Shown: positions 14,083-26,483 of the stretch, piece after piece | Layout: each line of letters begins with the position of its first letter | Numbering within the stretch: position 1 is the stretch's first letter | Source: Octopus sinensis | Lineage: Eukaryota | Reading direction: 5' to 3' | Length of the DNA stretch: 64,000 nt | Assembly (NCBI RefSeq): GCF_006345805.1 | Contig: NC_043013.1 | Location: 56,296,001-56,360,000 of the forward strand | Position numbers and translations under genes: made by a program | The notes under the pieces: generated by a model | The model's input: only the letters and a program-made list of their open reading frames with translations | What the model was told of the DNA's origin: nothing | Databases searched by the model: none

Positions 14083-15454
14083 GTATATTCATATACACAC
14101 AACAGATTAGACTGTTGCAAAAGAAAAAATCGTAACAATGGGCAACAACAAGTAACCTTAGATACCAAAAACCCTCCCAAGTATCCTAGCTCTCCCTAAT
14201 AACATGGTTTTCGGCAGCTGTACTAAACTTGGTTTTATACCTATTTCCTCTATCCATATGTCCAAATCTTTAGGGATTGTTACCAATGCACTTATAACTA
14301 CTGCCATACATTTTACCCACACTTTCCCTAATCTCTGTAATTCAATAGCTCGGTCCTGGTACTTTACTATTTTTTATTTTCCTATTTTTTTTTATTATCA
14401 TTGTTGTTGCTATTATTATTACGAAGTGGCAAACTGGCAGAGTTGTTAGAGTGTTGGACAGAAATACTTTCTGACATTTCTCCCAGCAGTTTTATATACA
14501 GCAGTCATTGCATTCTTTCTACTCTTCATACGATATCTTCGTGCCTTCAGCAGAAAATCAATATTTTGGGTTCCTGGAAACTGGAATTTGCTAGAATGGT
14601 AACATGCAAGACAAATGGAGAAATTAGTATATTGTGCCACAACTCTGAGTTTGACTTACATTATTCTGATATCAAAGTTCCAGTTACATACTGTAGAGGT
14701 TTACCATAATCTTTATTCTTTCTCTGCAAGATTTAATTTGTGTCCAGGAAAATAATCTGGTTTATGACGTTTAATAAATATTCTGGTCTTTAATTTGTTT
14801 TCTTCTCTCTCTAAAGTCTCTTACATGGCTATCAGTTAATATACTGAGACAAATTTTGTCAACTTTTCAACAAAAGTATCTTGACCAAAAGAAAGTGGTC
14901 AATCGAATGAGTTTAATAATACTTCTTTCACAGTTTTGATAATTTAATCGTGAGGAGAGAGGCAGTGTTTATGAATGTGTGACCAGAATATTTCAAGTAG
15001 AATGAATTAAATAAAGTCAGTCACCCAAAGAGGACCAGGGGTTGGTGTTAATCAATGTGATAGATTAAACCACCTGAAACACAAAATTCAAAGAAGTAGA
15101 CCTAACACTACCAGGTATTCCAGTTCCTAATCCCATCAATCATTCACTCAGGACAGATATTTCGTTATTGACCTTGAAAAGGAAAATTGGCCACAGTGGA
15201 ATTAGAACTCAGAGTGCAGAATGCTGGAACTACATGACAATAATATTTCAAGAATTCTGCCATTTCAGCACCTTCAGTGGTCTGTTGCAGATATTTCTAA
15301 GGGATATCGGTTCTCTTTTAGACCATTTTGGCTTGAAGATATTGATCAGATGTTTGGGCAGAACATCAGAATTCCATGGAGAGACACTGGCATTTCCATA
15401 GGATAAGCACTGGCTCTTCACACAAACATTTATGCACACACACACACACACATG

Positions 15455-15538
<84 letters not shown>

Positions 15539-15884
15539 ATGTAAATGTATTTGTTGTATGTCTGTGAATGAGCATGAATAGTGGCAATTCCATGGCAAAT
15601 CTAAATGAAGTGGGGCTAGTTTTAAAATTCTTTCTTGATAATATGACCAGAGCCTTGGCACTTTTACAGATCTGTAGAATATAAAAATTCTTTACCAGGA
15701 AAACCAAGGTGCAATTGGTGACAAGAAGAGCATCTACCTCACAAATATTTCCCCAAAATCCATTCCTTCTGAGTCATGCTAACAGAGACAAACAGACACT
15801 AAATAATCAAATGAACAAAGGATTCTATCAATCTGTCTGTCTGTTTGTATGTCTGACTGTATGTCCGTATGTCTGTATGTGTGT

Positions 15885-16075
15885 GTATGTATGTATGTAT
15901 GTATGTATGTATGTATGTATGTATGTATGTATGTATGTATGAATGTATGTATGTATGTATGCATGTATGTATGTATGTATGTATGTATGTATGTATGCAT
16001 GTATGTATGTATGCATGTATGTATGTATGTATGTATTTATGTGTGCATGCATGTATGTATGCATATATGTATGTA
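15885..16075. repeat. (TATG)n microsatellite
   Basis: Direct inspection. Confidence 0.95.
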
Positions 16076-16839
16076 TATCTGTATCTATGTATGTTTGTAT
16101 GTGTATTATATATATGGAGTGTATATATATATATATATGGAGTATATATATATATATATATATATATATGGAGTATATATATATATATATAAAATGTAGG
16201 CCATTACAAATCGAAATTTCTCTCAGGTACCTCAAGTACTCATGTTAAAATAATTTGTTAGATTTAAAATTTTTTTCAAATTTTATTATTGTTATTATTA
16301 TTATCTTTTTTTTTGGTCATAAGAATTTTAAAGAATTTCTTGTACAATTCTTTAATGTCACACATATTTTGCAAATCTTACCATTCTCATCATATTCACA
16401 GATAAATTATATGAAAAAAGAAAAAAAAACATCAGATAGAATCAACCAGAAAACAAATTATTTAAAATTTCTTTTTTTATAATGTTATTCATTTAATAGC
16501 AAAAATTTCAAAGAAATTATTTGAATTAACTTTTGTATTTCATTAATATGAAATGTAAAAATTTAAAAGAATACATTTATTTTTCTTTTGATGGTCAATA
16601 CAATATTTCGAGTAGCAAATATTGAAATTATATCAAGTTACATATTTTTTGTGTATTTTTTGTTTTTAAAGCAAGGTTGGGTGTCGAGATAAGAAAGCAT
16701 TAACTTCAGTTTTATTGCTTTATTAATTAGACACTGAAGAAAACTTTTCAATTAATTTCAGATTTATGACAAAAATTAAAGAAAAATCAAATTACATTTG
16801 TTTCTTTGTTATTATTGTTTTCCTATGTATGTGTGTGTG

Positions 16840-16870
<31 letters not shown>

Positions 16871-17635
16871 ATGTATATATACATATACACACATATATGT
16901 ATGTATACATATATGTGTGTGTGTGTATGTGTGTGTATATACACACACATATATATATATATATATACCTATACATACACACATAAATATATATATATAT
17001 GTATATATACATACACATACAACATACATACATACATACACACACACAGACTCACAAACATGCCCACACGCATATACACACTCATACACAGACACCTATA
17101 TGCATATGTGTGTATATATTTGTTTTATCTCACTTTTGAAAAAAATATATATAAAAGAATTCCTAAAATGCATCAATTCTGTATTTTTCTGTATTTCTAA
17201 AATGCCAATTCTACAGGATCCTCCCCACAACAGGAATAATGAGTGCCACAAGACTAATGCCATCATTGAAACCAATGTTAGAAAACAGCAAAGCATTTTT
17301 ATGAAGAACAATTTTATTGTAAGCCTAAAACTGAAATATGTTCACATGAAATATAGTCAGGGTACAACAGAGTGTTGTTGTTATTGTTGTTGTATATGGT
17401 CAGGTTAGCCATGATTAAGTGAACCAATGATCAAAGATATTCCATCTGTGACCATCTCAACTGTTTCCTGTGTATAGAACACTCATGGTACATGTCATTC
17501 AGCATATTCTTCTGAAAAATGATGGGATGTGATTTGAGGAAAATTTGTCTGCTGTTTCTAGCAAATCAAGTGACCACATAGAAGACCCAAATCATTCTGA
17601 ATAAAATCCATTGATTGCCAAAAATAATTAGTCTA

Positions 17636-18018
17636 CTAGCAGTATCGCTCAGTGTTGCTTGGGTTTGTTTCGACCCTTTAGAATGGGAATTTTTGAAAAG
17701 TAAGAATTTTGCATTATGTCGCTTGTTATTCTCTTTAAGTGTACATTTTTCTGGTTGAATTACACCGAAAAATGACGACACAACAGTCAAAAATCGTAAA
17801 AAATAGGGATTTTTATAGAGAAAAAGCACCTTTTTGATGTAAATAATTTTTGGTGTTAACATGGTCCAATTTGAATTTTTACGGAAAGAAGAGCAAGCCT
17901 TCTTCTATCATACTCTCAATTTTGGTCAACTTGTGCCACAGGGTCTCAGAAGAGATAATGTTAGTTGAATGTTACCAAACCTGCCACACACAGACAACTT
18001 CAGCTTTATATATAGAGA
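17636..18018 (-). mobile_element. Non-autonomous Helitron-like element
   Basis: Minus strand begins A|TCTCTATATATAAAGCTGAAGTTGTCTGTGTG and ends with an imperfect hairpin then CTAG|T (17636-39). Confidence 0.65.
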
Positions 18019-18582
18019 TAAGATTCCACTGCCATGAGGAATTTCTGAAATTTGACCTCTTTGGGGAATAAGAAAATATTTTATGAAATGTGCTGTTGTT
18101 GTATGGACAAAACAAAGTTAACTCTGCTAGGATTTGAACTCAGAACATTAGGGCAATAAATAAACTAGATTGAAATATTTCGTGTATCCCACAATCGTAT
18201 GTACTGCACTCATCTTGTGAATTAAATCTTTAAGCACAACAATTATATTGTGAATCAATATAGACGATTGATTTGTTAGAAATAACACCAAAATCTTTCT
18301 CAGTTTAAATATTGCCATCTCAGATAAAAGAAGGACCTATTGGATGGTGGATGGTGTAGTCCATACAATGGAGTGGTCATGGGTGGCTACAATGTTTTTG
18401 TTCAAAGATCAGCTCTGATTAGGGATGACCTGGTGGTAAACAATAACAAACAACTACAGTGGCAACAACAACAACAACAACAACTAGAACAAAAAATAAC
18501 TAAAAAGCAATAAGCAATGAGCAAGAACATCAACAACTTTAGAAACATCAACGAATCATCAACAAGAAGTATCATCACCATT

Positions 18583-18619
<37 letters not shown>

Positions 18620-19205
18620 ACAACAGCAACAACAACAACAACAAATGTAAAATTAAATAAAGAGATAAAATAACATCAATAACTGAAACATAATTAATCT
18701 CTAATTCTCTGAAATGAATTTGATTAATTTTTCTTGAAAAAAAGCAACCAAAAGAAAAACGAAAAATAAAACAAGAAAAAAGAATAAAAAAAAATAAATA
18801 AATATAAACGTCTTCCAGCTTGCATCTTACATAATGGTTTTTTCTTTTGTGGAAATAAAATAAAACGAAGCAGTGAGTTGCAAAAGTGTGTTTTCTGTCT
18901 GCATACGGTTAGACTAGCGTAGTGGTGGTGTGGGTGTTTGGTTTTTTTTTTTTAGCAAACAGGAGGAATATGAAGAGTAATGCAAAATATAATGAAATTA
19001 AGAATAATGTAAATAACAGTTGAATATAAACAGAAGCAGGAGGAGAGAGAAGAAGAAATAGCAAACAAGTTTTAATCATGTAGATTTATATAGACACAAT
19101 ATTGAAAAACATTATGAATATATGGGTATATATATATGCGTGTGTGCAGAGGTGCGTGTTAGTAAAAGCTTAACTATGATCTTATACATAAGTATGTATG
19201 TATAG

Positions 19206-19238
<33 letters not shown>

Positions 19239-19248
19239 TGTATACATA

Positions 19249-19308
<60 letters not shown>

Positions 19309-19355
19309 CACATATATACACACACACATGTGTATACATATATGTATATCATATA

Positions 19356-19401
<46 letters not shown>

Positions 19402-20910
19402 CATATATATACACATACATATAGATAAGGATATATACTTATACACACATGAACATATATATACACACTCATATATATATATATGTATATGTATATAAAT
19501 ATACATATATGTGTATGTACATATGTATGTATTTGAACACAAGTATGTGTTCAATACAACACATACATACATGAATATATATATATATATATATGTGTGT
19601 GAGTGTGTGTGTGTGTGTAGAGAGAGAGAGAGAAAGAGAGAAATGACAGAAAGAAAGAGAGAGGGAGAGGGAGAGAGTGAGAATGAGAAACTAAATATTC
19701 TTGCATCATTATTCTAAGTTTCATGTTTCTGATTATTCAAACAATTAACAAAAGAAAGCAGCATGACAATATGTAAGCCAAAATATCCGGAAACACATCA
19801 AAACATCATTAGAAATCGAGATTTGAGTTGTTGCAAAACAAAAACTGATAATAAATAAAAAATATGCAAATGACGAAATGCGTGACAAAATGTGTCAATA
19901 ATCATCTATTAAATTGTCATGTACTGATCACATGATATAATCATCCTTCACATACAGAAAGTTGCATTATTTTCATGTTTTTAGTATCATATGTGTAAAA
20001 TACACAAAGACTAAGAATGTGACTCTTTTTAGTGCAGTCTTAGTGTTTACTGCCATTTTTTTTTTCAAATTGTGGCCATATTTCAAGGTATCTATTATGT
20101 GAAAAATAAACTACTCTACAAAGTTATTTAAAAATTCCTTAATGAATATTGATGGAAGTTTCTTTAAAACTGCCGATGTGGGAAGCTATATTTGTTTGGG
20201 ACACAAGGCTTTATCTTAGAACCAACAATTTAGCAGACAATTGTGATCTCTAAGGGACATATTAAGTTTTAAACTCAAGATATATTCATGTCTGAATGCA
20301 TAAATTTGTTACTAAATTCATATTTTAAAGGGATTTTTCAGTAAGGCCCATAAAGAATTTTGTGCCACTGGTATATGAGAGAAAACCTTAGTGACATTAG
20401 CCACTGAGGGAACAGAATGTATCACATGTCCAGAATTGGAAAGTGAATCGATGGCTGTGTGATGCATTTAAAATATTTACCTTTCTTACCAACCAATCAA
20501 ATCATGATGTGATTACAAATACTTTTACTTCAATATTATTATACCGTTTCTTTGTAGAACAGAAAAGTTTCATTTTTGAACTTCTCTACATTAAGGTCTG
20601 AAAGGTAAGGTCTCCTCTGCTCTGATGACAGATGCTTGTCTCACCCAATATTAAGTGTATCCATACGATCTTATTTTGTGATGAACTAAATCTACCAATA
20701 TTATTATGGATTACTGAGCCCCCAGAAACAGCTGTTGGACTTATAATACCTTTCATCCACTCTTTCAATTTTCTCTTTCGTTTGTACTCTGTGTAAGTTG
20801 GACCTATTTATATAAATATCTATATTTATATATTTACACTTCAAAAATTCATCGTCTGATAGTTTCCACCTTCTGCTTTCTCCTGTTTTGCATGTATATA
20901 TATATATATA

Positions 20911-20971
<61 letters not shown>

Positions 20972-21523
20972 TATGTATTTGGTATATTTGATGTGTCTCA
21001 TTTGTTTATCACCATAATTGCCTCTATACGAGCTTGATTTGCTCCCTCTTATCACCTTTCTTTACTTTATGGAATTGATCCCCTGTAAAGACATCAGAGT
21101 CTCAGTTTGAATCTTTTGAGCACTACTAAGTGTATTCTATACGGAGAATCACGGAGAATTTTGATATACAAAGATTTGATAAACTAGGACAATAAATTTA
21201 AACCCGACCCTAAAAATCTGTGACAAGCTAGGACCCTAACAAGCTTCTAAGCTGAAGTGAGAGCAGTCTGGACTTTCTCTGTCTTCTTACCCTCTTAGAA
21301 GATTTAAATAAAATTATGCAAATGTGTCCAACTGTTTAAATTAATTCTATTTATTTATTTATGTAGCTGAGGATAGCTCTGCATTTAAACTGATGTAATG
21401 ATTGCATTGTTCAATTAAATGGAGCCGCTTGGAACGGTCATACTGCATCACCTCTGGATATTCTGTTGCATATTTTGACATATATATATATAGAGTGGCT
21501 GAGACATTTAAAAATTTAATATT

Positions 21524-21588
<65 letters not shown>

Positions 21589-21805
21589 TCAATTTAGGGT
21601 AGCAAAAAATTCAGTAAAAATTTATCGTTACCAGCGGCCTAATGGAAAAGAGAAAATAGTCAAAGACTAAATATGTATAAATATAACAATTTAGGAATGG
21701 CCTAGACAGGCCATTCGTCCACTAGAAAGAGCAGCCATAACTCCAACCGCCAAGTAGTGTAATTCGGAAATAAGGTGAAAATTTAAAAACATTTACCCTA
21801 ATTCA

Positions 21806-21906
21806 TCTTTTATACGATGCATCGTTTCAGTGTCTTTAATGATAGACCAGCTTAATTAAATTAAATTAAGCTAGTCTACCATAGGTCACACTTCATCAGT
21901 AAAAGA
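21806..21906 (-). ncRNA. Type I hammerhead ribozyme (intact core)
   Basis: Minus strand reads UCUUUUA-CUGAUGA-AGUGU..ACACU-GAA-ACGAUGCAUCGU-A-UAAAAGA: 7-bp stem I, perfectly palindromic stem III, GUA triplet. Confidence 0.88.
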
Positions 21907-22138
21907 AACCTGGGAGAGACGGATATATACGAGGCGACTGTATCAATGCCTCGGGAATATCTGTCTTAAAATTTTCAAGACCAACGCGATAATTTTCTGA
22001 CTAATTCTGAGATTGAATCGGCAGTTTATATTTGCTGCCGATAAGTTTGGCGCGAATGCGTTGGTCTTGAAAATTTTAAGACAGATATTCCCGAGGCATT
22101 GATACAGTCGCCTCGTATATATCCGTCTCTCCCAGGTT

Positions 22139-22238
22139 TCTTTTACTGATGAAGTGTGACCTATGGTAGACTAGCTTAATTTAATTTAATTAAGCTGGTC
22201 TATCATTAAAGACACTGAACGATGCATCGTATAAAAGA
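22139..22238 (+). ncRNA. Type I hammerhead ribozyme (one A missing in GAAAC)
   Basis: TCTTTTA 22139-45, CTGATGA 22146-52, AGTGT/ACACT stem II, GAAC instead of GAAAC at 22217-20, GATGCATC-GTA, TAAAAGA 22232-38. The missing A is either a mutation or a consensus error. Confidence 0.72.
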
Positions 22239-22993
22239 TGAATTAGGGTAAATGTTTTTAAATTTTCACCTTATTTCCGAATTACACTACTTGGCGGTTG
22301 GAGTTATGGCTGCTCTTCTAGTGGACGAATGGCCTGTCTAGGCCATTCCTAATTGTTATATATATATATATATATATATGTAGTGAGAGGTAGATATTTA
22401 TACATACATGCACACATATATGCATGTATATTTATGTATTCTTGAATAAACACCATCCAGCCCATGCAAGCATAGAAAAGTGGACATTAAAATAATGATG
22501 ACGATGAGGAGGAGGAGGAGGACAACTGATGACATTATAATAAAGCACTGTAAATGAGAAAACTCGTAACATGTATGAAATAGACAGAAGCATAGTTATT
22601 CATTTGACATCTTTATAAGATGTGAAGTAAACCTAAATGTAAACAAGTCACAAAGCAAGAATAAAAAAAACAGAGACAGTTAAAGTTAGATGAGAAACGG
22701 TTAGGATGATAATGGAATTGTAGAGATATTGAGAACATTTATGTTTGTGGTGTTTTCTGTGGCTTGTCAGTGGTTAAGGATGATGTGAGGATGATAAATG
22801 TTAGCTGCAATGTGGTATATAACGAAACCCCGTGGGGTGGGTGAATAAATTAAACAATTAGTATATTAATGTATTGCTCATTTTATAAGTATATTCTATA
22901 TATACCTGGGTGGTTCGTCTCTGATAAGGGTTGTTAAAATGAGGTTTTTATTTAAAGGTTTAATATGATCATTGTCTAAACAACGGATATATA

Positions 22994-23206
22994 TAGGGTG
23001 GCCCCAAACTAGGTTTTACAGTTATTCAACTTTCTCTTTCTTATTCCTATTTTAACAGTTTAGATCTTAATTATAAACGAACATGAAACCATTATTCTCT
23101 GCTAATTTCGTTAATTGTAAGATAGAAATTTAAATGTAATCAAATGTTTTAAAAGAAATTTAAAGTGCCTGCGTGATAAGTGTAAGCCTACTTTTTGGTC
23201 ACCCAG
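22994..23206. mobile_element. Tc1/mariner-type MITE
   Basis: Imperfect TIRs TAGGGTGGCCCCAAACTAGGTTTTACAGTTAT / GATAAGTGTAAGCCTACTTTTTGGTCACCCAG with TA flanks; no ORF. Confidence 0.6.
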
Positions 23207-23594
23207 TATTTATGGAAAAATAAGAATGTGATTAGTTATATAATGTCAAGTAAACCACACTGTCTTCCTAACCAGTCTGGCTTTTCACGGTCACGATGTT
23301 AGATGCAATAAAGCAACTCATGTATTGGTGTATGTACTGGTGGATATAGAGACAAAGACATAATATCGTAGAGAAGGAATATATACTCTAAGAACACACA
23401 CACATATGTATATACACTAGGTGTGTACATATGTATGCATACCTTACAAACAAAGTGTGTGCATATATATATACATAGACATGTTTATAAGTATACATAT
23501 ATATAGATAAATGTTTCATACATATAAGATTAAATACATGTATGTATGTATGTATGTATGTATGTATGCATGTATGTATGCATGTATGTATGTA

Positions 23595-23636
<42 letters not shown>

Positions 23637-24185
23637 CATACATATATATATATGTACAAATATATACATATACATATGTGTGTGTATGCACATATGTATG
23701 TGTACATATATATGTATATATATATAAATATATATATATATACATTCATACACATATACATATATACTTATGTATTCATACACACACACACACACACGCA
23801 CGCATGCACACATACACACACATCCACACGTCTCTATTTCTATATTTCCCTGTAGGTACATTGGTGTGAAATGATGTTTGCATAGTCTTTTGTCTGTACC
23901 CAGGAGATGGGTAAATACAAACATTTATTCCATATATTTAACCACTTTGGTTTCAGTTTAGCAAACACTTCACATCGATCAAATATGCGGAAAATGGAAT
24001 GTATATGTTGGTAAGCATAAAACATTCTCATTAAAATAATGAAAAACCTTTACCTTTACATGTGTTCAGCTAAAAGGCTTGGATGGTGTTGTGTCGAAAA
24101 TGTATGCTACAAATTTCTTTACTTTAAATGGTGAACAACTAAAACATTGCAGTTCTATATTTAAGAGATCAGCAATTGTGTATGT

Positions 24186-24535
24186 TATTTACATTATTTA
24201 CATTTGATGGATTTTTGTCCTCATCTTGTTTGTTGTTAACACAACGTTTCAGCTGATATACCCTCCAGCCCTCATCAGGTGCCTTGGGGAAATTTTGAAC
24301 CTGGGTTCATGTTCCTAAGGTTAAGAGCATGGGCTACTAATCCCAAGATTCCGAGTCTGATCCCAGGCAGTGACCTGAATAATAATAATGGTAATATAAT
24401 AACAACATCGAGAAATACCTTAGGAATGAGAACCCAGGTTTGATGAAGGCTAGAGGTTATATCAACCAAAATGTTGTGTTAACAACAAACAAGATGAGGA
24501 GAAATATCCGTCAAATGTAAATAACGTAAATAATG
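24186..24535. mobile_element. Older fold-back element with minimal hammerhead-like motif in each arm and a tRNA-like spacer
   Basis: Arms ~24186-24321 and ~24417-24535 (right arm lacks ~20 bp). The spacer contains GGTTAAGAGCATGGGCTACTAATCCCAAGATTCCGAGTCTGATCC, which is tRNA/SINE-head-like. Confidence 0.65.
24238..24283 (-). ncRNA. Degenerate minimal hammerhead-like motif
   Basis: Minus strand reads GGCAC-CUGAUGA-G-GGCUG gagggUAUAU CAGCU-GAA-ACGU-U-GUGUU: stem I with two GU pairs, loop-less palindromic stem III and an extra purine after A9. The right-arm copy is more decayed. Confidence 0.5.
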
Positions 24536-24929
24536 TAGCTAAAATATTGCAAAGTCTATTTTTAATAAACGAAGTTAATTTCTGCCGTTTATTGGAGATA
24601 AATAGGAAAGAATTTCTACCTACTATTCAATTAGGTTAAGTGAAGATTTGTTCAAATGATTCCTATAAGTGATTGCCATGGTAGAACAACAAGGATTCCA
24701 AGCTGTATCTCACAAATGCTTTGGGATGCCTCGTCAGTGACATCACAGAAGCCTTGGAAGATTGTGGGTCTTTCAACTTCAGACCTCCTCTCCCGGTCGA
24801 CCCAGCCAAAGTTATTCAAATTCCAGTTTGCATCCTGGTAGCAGTAAACCATCTCTCTGCTCTCTTTATCCAATTGATCATACATGTTAAGGCTGCTCCT
24901 CCTGGTGAAGTGGATTGGCCTGCAAGAGT

Positions 24930-25165
24930 CATGTACTGGTGCCACATAAAATGCACTCATGGAAGTGCCATGGGAAAGAACTCGTGCAGTGCCATGTAAA
25001 AGCACCCAGTGCACACTTTGTTTGGTGTTAGGAAGGGCATCCAGCCAGAGAAAGCATGCCAAATCAGATTGGAGCCTGGTGCAACCTCCACCTTTCCAGC
25101 TCTGGTCAAACCATCCAACCCCATGCAAGCATGAAGAATGGATGTTAAATGATGATGATGATGAT
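24930..25165 (+). mobile_element. RTE 3'-end fragment
   Basis: TTAGGAAGGGCATCCAGC...CCATGCAAGCATG...GTTAAA(TGA)n. Confidence 0.8.
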
Positions 25166-25890
25166 GTTGGACTGAATGGTGGTGTGCTAGGAAGATTCTT
25201 AATTGGTAAAGTGTGTGAATAACTGGCACTGTCTCTTTGTGCTATTATATATATCATTTATAGTCAGAACAAGAATATTTAAATCCCTTATAGAAGTATT
25301 TATTCAAGATACACTAGTTTAATATATCAAATTTTGAAGAGATAACCGTTCAATGAATATATTATATAAAATATCAAACATTATTGTCGAGTCAGAAAAC
25401 AGAGTTCTAATGGATACAAATTAATTTATTAATTAATAAATTAGTTTGTATCCATTAGATCTCTCTGTTTTCTAACCCAGCTAGCTTTAATCATAACAGG
25501 GCTTTTAAAAAATAATTGTTAATTACAGGTATTCTTTTATTAGTTTCTGATTTAATAAGGATATCTTAGTATTATCTATTAATTTACTGGTATAAGTTTA
25601 ACATAAAAACTTGTAAGAATAAAGAATATTTAATATGTTTGGAGTGTTTTAATTATTAACTTTTGGGCTATGAAATATTGTAATTTACATAGAGTTAGTT
25701 ATAATATTAGTTAAGTTAAGTTCAATTGAGTTTGTTTTGTTTTCGAAAGAATAGAAAATAAAAGCTTTCATTTTTATATTAATAACTATGGAAGACTGGA
25801 CAGAAGATTATTTGTATGGACTTCAAGGGTTAGGTTGCTATTTCGCTAGATAAGTTGGGAGTTAGTTATAGGTTTACTTATAGAATTATT

Positions 25891-26114
25891 ACTCTTTACT
25901 CTTTTACTCTTTTACTTGTTTCAGTCATTTGACTGTGGCCATGCTGGAGCACTGCCTTTAGTCAAGTAAATCGACCCCAGGACTTATTCTTTGTAAGTCT
26001 AGTACTTATTCTATCGGTCTCTTTTGCCGAACTGCTAAGTTACAGGGACATAAACACACCAGCATCGGTTGTCAAGCGATATTGGTGGGGACAAACACAG
26101 AAACAAAAACATAT

Positions 26115-26158
<44 letters not shown>

Positions 26159-26483
26159 TAAGGTATGTAGAAAAATACAACATGGACAAGAACGTATAAC
26201 TCTTAGAAGACGATACAATAAACACGGACAGGACATTCGAAACCCTCAGTCTTCAGTCAAGAACCGGATCATCGTAGTAATTTCGGCTGATATACATATA
26301 TATATATACGACGGGCTTCTTTCAGTTTCCGTCTGCCAAATCCACTCACAAGGCTTTGGTCAGCCCGTGGCTATAGTAGAAGACACTTGCCCAAGGTGTC
26401 ATGCAGTGGGACTGAACCCGGAAACCATGTGGTTGGTAAGCAAGCTACTTACCACACAGCCACTCCTACACCTATTAATTTGA
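25891..26483 (-). mobile_element. tRNA-derived SINE, family A, with 18-bp TSD
   Basis: Head GGAGTGGCTGTGTGGTAAG..GGGTTCAGTCCC, body GACCGATAGAATAAGTACT, tail (AAAGAGT)n. TTTACTTATAGAATTATT is duplicated at 25873-90 and 26484-501. Confidence 0.9.

Larger units (their letters stand above)
21585..22360. mobile_element. Fold-back hammerhead element, diverged relative of the 495-bp family, flanked by (TA)n
   Basis: Near-perfect inverted arms 21682-21987 and 22058-22360. It starts TTAATCAATTTAGGGT right after (TA)n and ends ...CCTAATTGTTA into (TA)n. It is colinear and homologous with the 55-kb monomer (e.g. CCAGCGGCCTA, CATTTACCCT, TTTGCTGCCGATAA.TTTGGCGCGA). Confidence 0.85.

Noticed and set aside
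20715-21100. Short Lys-rich minus-strand peptides between microsatellites (e.g. GPTYTEYKRKRKLKEWMK, ESRRWKLSDDEFLK) as possible exons
   Set aside because: Splice sites are weak, a purine-rich strand yields K/E/R by chance, and no family was recognised.
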